Shown: positions 61,185 through 64,000 of the stretch, one piece after another
How positions within the stretch are numbered: position 1 is the stretch's first letter
Layout of the letters: every line of letters begins with the position of its first letter
Assembly (NCBI GenBank): GCA_013416795.1
Contig: RQSC01000007.1
Location: 116,490 to 180,489 of the forward strand
Direction of reading: 5' to 3'
DNA: 64,000 nucleotides
Source: Prasinococcaceae sp. CCMP 1430
Taxonomy: Eukaryota > Plantae > Prasinodermophyta
Position numbers and translations under genes: made by a program
The notes under the pieces: generated by a model
Seen by the model: the letters and a program-made list of their open reading frames with translations, nothing else
Databases searched by the model: none
Told to the model about the DNA's origin: nothing

Positions 61185-63026
61185 TCATTCCGCCACCGCT
61201 GAGATGGGCGTAGCCGCGGCCACCCTCAGGCCCGCGCTGGTGGAGCGCCCACGCGCGCCTGAGCGCAGGGCTTTGTGGCTCTCGTCATCGGTCGTTTCCG
61301 TGAAGTCGGTTGAGTCCCCCATGATCGAGCCGGCCTCCTCATCGCGGCTGTCTAGCAGGAGCTCACGCAGCTGGCTGACCGCGTCCCCTTCCTCGCGAGG
61401 GGAGGAGCCGCCCCCGCGAACGCCGTGCGCGTTCACACCCACGTGCATGAACATCACGTGCGTGCTGTCGGTGTCGGTCTCGACGTCGCTGCCAAACGCG
61501 TCGTCGTTGGGCTCTCCATCGTGGTCGTCGTCCGCGTCGCCAGCGTCGTCCGCGTCGTCCACGTCGCCCGCACAGATGCCCACGCCGTCTCTCCCGTAGC
61601 CTCTGTGACCGCCCTCTCGGCTGCCGCGAGCGTCGTGCTCCTCATCGCTGCAGTCGCCGTCGCTGTGATCGCTCGCCGCGCCGACGTCCTTATCGTCGCT
61701 GCGGTGGCGGCGGATAAACGCTAACATGCCCTTCGAGGTCCATGGGGAGCTCGCCACCTGTGCGGAGAACAGCTCCCGCACAGGACGAGCTGAGCGCTTA
61801 CGAGAGGCCGGCAGTTGTTCTTCACCCGCCCGCTGCGGCGGTTCCGCTTGCTTGCCCTGTCGCTCCGCCCGCTGCTGTTGCTCCTGCCTCGGCGCGCGCT
61901 CCACAAGGAGTGGCTTGCCAGCGGCCATGTGCTTCACGCACGCAAAGACAGTACTCGATAAGATCGAGACGCTGCGGTCAACGTTTGAGTTGCTCAGCCT
62001 CGGCACCCCCACCTTGTCAGCCTTGGTGATGAGCCAGTCCTGGATGGTGCGGATGTTGCGCAAATACTTGACGTACTTGTTCTTGGCCGGATCGAGTGTC
62101 ATGTACTTGGCGCGCACGGCGAAGCGCTCGCGGTGCTTATTCTCGTCACGAATGTAGATAAGGAATGGCACGGCGGAGCGATGCCTGCGCATGAGCTCCA
62201 CCACAAGATTCAGGCTCAGGTGCACGCCCTCCACGACGACACTCTCCAGGCGCTGCTCGCAGCGCGCGAGGAGCGCGCCGACCTGTGAAATGACCTTGCT
62301 GCTCTGGTCCTTGTACCCAATAATGCAGCGGCGGTCGGCGCTCTGGGACGCGGGCGTGCCCCCTCCCCCGCCGCTGTTCTCCGCGCTGCCACCACCACCA
62401 ACACTTCCTGCGCCCCTTGCACGCGCGCCAGCTTCGGAACCGACGGCAGTGACGAGATCCCCCGCCTCGTAGCTCGACGCGAACAGGATGGGGTCCCTCT
62501 CTGCGGTGGTCTTGGAGCGCAGCACATGGCGCAGCGAGTCTGTGCTGACGACCGTGGTGATACCGAGGTGCGCAGCCAGCAGGCTCGCCAGCGTGCTCTT
62601 GCCGCAGCCGCTCGTGCCGCTGAGGAGTACGCTCACACTGCGTCGGCGCTCCGAGATGGACATCGCCACCCGGAGGTCGTCCATGTCGACCGCGTACCCC
62701 TGCTGCGAGAGCTCACACGACACCACCTCCTCGAAGGCGCCGCGCGAGAGAGCGACGGCGCCCGGCAGTGCCTGCTCAGGCAGCCCCCGGCAGCACGCCC
62801 CCGCCAGCGCCCCTGGCGTGCACCGCGCGAACACGCGCTCGCACATACGCTGGGCGTGGCGCGGCTTGGCGCCGAGCATGTGCAGCGCGGGCTGCAGCAG
62901 GTGCGGCGAGTAGCGGGGCGGCCGGGCGGGCCGCGCCGTCCCGTCCGCGAGCACCGGCTCGTCGTCCACCACATAGACGTGATCGGGCGGCCGCGGGGCC
63001 GCCCCGGGCGGCTCGCCCGGCGCCAT
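61185..63026 (-). CDS. LPA1: P-loop NTPase LPA1-like (2-phosphoglycerate kinase family)
   Basis: LLSGTSGCGKSTLASLLA, TTVVSTDSLR, VEGVHLS, KHRERFAVRAKYMTLDPAKNKYVKY. Confidence 0.93.
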   Translation of the reverse strand: MAPGEPPGAAPRPPDHVYVVDDEPVLADGTARPARPPRYSPHLLQPALHMLGAKPRHAQRMCERVFARCTPGALAGACCRGLPEQALPGAVALSRGAFEEVVSCELSQQGYAVDMDDLRVAMSISERRRSVSVLLSGTSGCGKSTLASLLAAHLGITTVVSTDSLRHVLRSKTTAERDPILFASSYEAGDLVTAVGSEAGARARGAGSVGGGGSAENSGGGGGTPASQSADRRCIIGYKDQSSKVISQVGALLARCEQRLESVVVEGVHLSLNLVVELMRRHRSAVPFLIYIRDENKHRERFAVRAKYMTLDPAKNKYVKYLRNIRTIQDWLITKADKVGVPRLSNSNVDRSVSILSSTVFACVKHMAAGKPLLVERAPRQEQQQRAERQGKQAEPPQRAGEEQLPASRKRSARPVRELFSAQVASSPWTSKGMLAFIRRHRSDDKDVGAASDHSDGDCSDEEHDARGSREGGHRGYGRDGVGICAGDVDDADDAGDADDDHDGEPNDDAFGSDVETDTDSTHVMFMHVGVNAHGVRGGGSSPREEGDAVSQLRELLLDSRDEEAGSIMGDSTDFTETTDDESHKALRSGARGRSTSAGLRVAAATPISAVAE

Positions 63027-63372
63027 CTCGCGGCGCCGGCGCCGCGCGCGCGCTGTGCCGCGCGCAACGGGGCCGCTCGATGCACGCCGACCCCAATCCT
63101 GACCCGACCGTGAATCCCAATTTACATGTACCAATTGGTACCATCCATGGTAGCGGAAGGGAGTTGATCGCAGGAGGGTTCGCAATTCGGTGGACGCAGC
63201 GAAGCGCAGGTGCTCGCGCAGGCGAGCCTGGCTGGGATGTGTGAGCACGGCGCTGAGCACAGCAGACTTGGAGCAGAGCCCGTGCGCGGGCGTCGCACGA
63301 CGAATGGGTCGTTTAGAAGTATGTGTGGGCAATCACTAGTGCAGATATATGCATCCCTCGCCCGACTCTAGA

Positions 63373-64000
63373 CTAGCGAAGCTCGTCCTTGGCGTCCTCG
63401 GACCCCTCCTGCCCCTCGCCCGCCGCCGGGTCTTCCTCGCCCGCGGGGGCATCGACGTCTGCTGCGCCCTCGACGCCCTCGGCGCCCTCGGCGCCTGCCT
63501 GCCCCCCCTCATCGGCGCCGCCATCCGAGGCCGCCGTGTCACCCCCCGCCGCACTCTCGCCCTCGCCCTGGCCCGCCGTGGCCTCGCCCTCGGCCTTGTC
63601 GTCGGTGGCGTTGGTCTTGGTGGCGTTGACCTTGGCCTTGGGCGGCTTAGGCTTGGGCGTCGCCTTGAGGCGATCGAAGCGCTTCTGAAGGGGCGCCACC
63701 CGCTCGGCAAGCTCGTGCACGCGGTATGCCGGCTCCTCAAGCAGGCTCCTCTCTTCCTGCTCGGCGTTCTTGTTAGCCACGAACTCCTCAAGCGCCTCGA
63801 CGTCCTCGAGAAGGTTGGCGATCTTCGTCGCGTTGATGTATGGCTTCGACTCGGGCCACTGCGTGAGCGACTCCTTCGATTTGGTGATCCACTTGTTGAC
63901 CGCCTTGAGGGCCGCTGGCCGCGCCTGCATCTCGTTCAGCCGCTCGAAGATGGCGTCACCGGTCTTCTTGAGCTCAGCCAGCTTGTCGACGAAGGCAGTG
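63373..64000 (-). CDS. HYOU1: ER HSP110/GRP170 (HYOU1, HSP70-17-like), C-terminal part; gene continues beyond the window
   Basis: KKTGDAIFERLNEMQARP, WPESKPYI, LLEEPAY, RLKATPKPKP, acidic tail ending KDELR*. Confidence 0.85.
   Translation of the reverse strand, partial: TAFVDKLAELKKTGDAIFERLNEMQARPAALKAVNKWITKSKESLTQWPESKPYINATKIANLLEDVEALEEFVANKNAEQEERSLLEEPAYRVHELAERVAPLQKRFDRLKATPKPKPPKAKVNATKTNATDDKAEGEATAGQGEGESAAGGDTAASDGGADEGGQAGAEGAEGVEGAADVDAPAGEEDPAAGEGQEGSEDAKDELR

Noticed and set aside
1-64000. CRISPR arrays, transposases, viral genes, rRNA
   Set aside because: No regularly spaced repeat-spacer array, no transposase/RT/capsid motifs and no rRNA-like sequence were seen.

Overview
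Gene-dense, very GC-rich eukaryotic nuclear DNA, most consistent with a green alga (prasinophyte-like Viridiplantae). Support: plastid-targeted carA, argC, CPN10, CYP97B and FKBP19; plant-type DEL/E2F, LPA1, ARP/NQR and GT31; short GT-AG introns, often with a GCTGAC branch point; telo-box motifs. About 35 protein-coding genes are recognisable, mostly housekeeping (ribosome biogenesis, arginine and flavin metabolism, chaperones/PDI, RFC4, RNA Pol III largest subunit, a KDM3-type JmjC). No tRNA, rRNA, CRISPR array or transposase was found. The assembly is imperfect: N runs and single 'n' characters sit mostly at gene 5' ends and can hide large deletions, and three unmarked junctions appear to have lost 5' exons. 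Best leads: (1) a spliced SAM-methyltransferase + 2OG-Fe(II) dioxygenase fusion; (2) an atypical E2F (DEL) with an appended ubiquitin-like domain; (3) a large EF-hand/TM/ectodomain protein; (4) adjacent carA-argC arginine genes; (5) two ER proteins ending in xDEL plus one extra basic residue; (6) a family of GTAC-rich palindromic intergenic islands. All family assignments come from motif recognition by eye; no database search was run.
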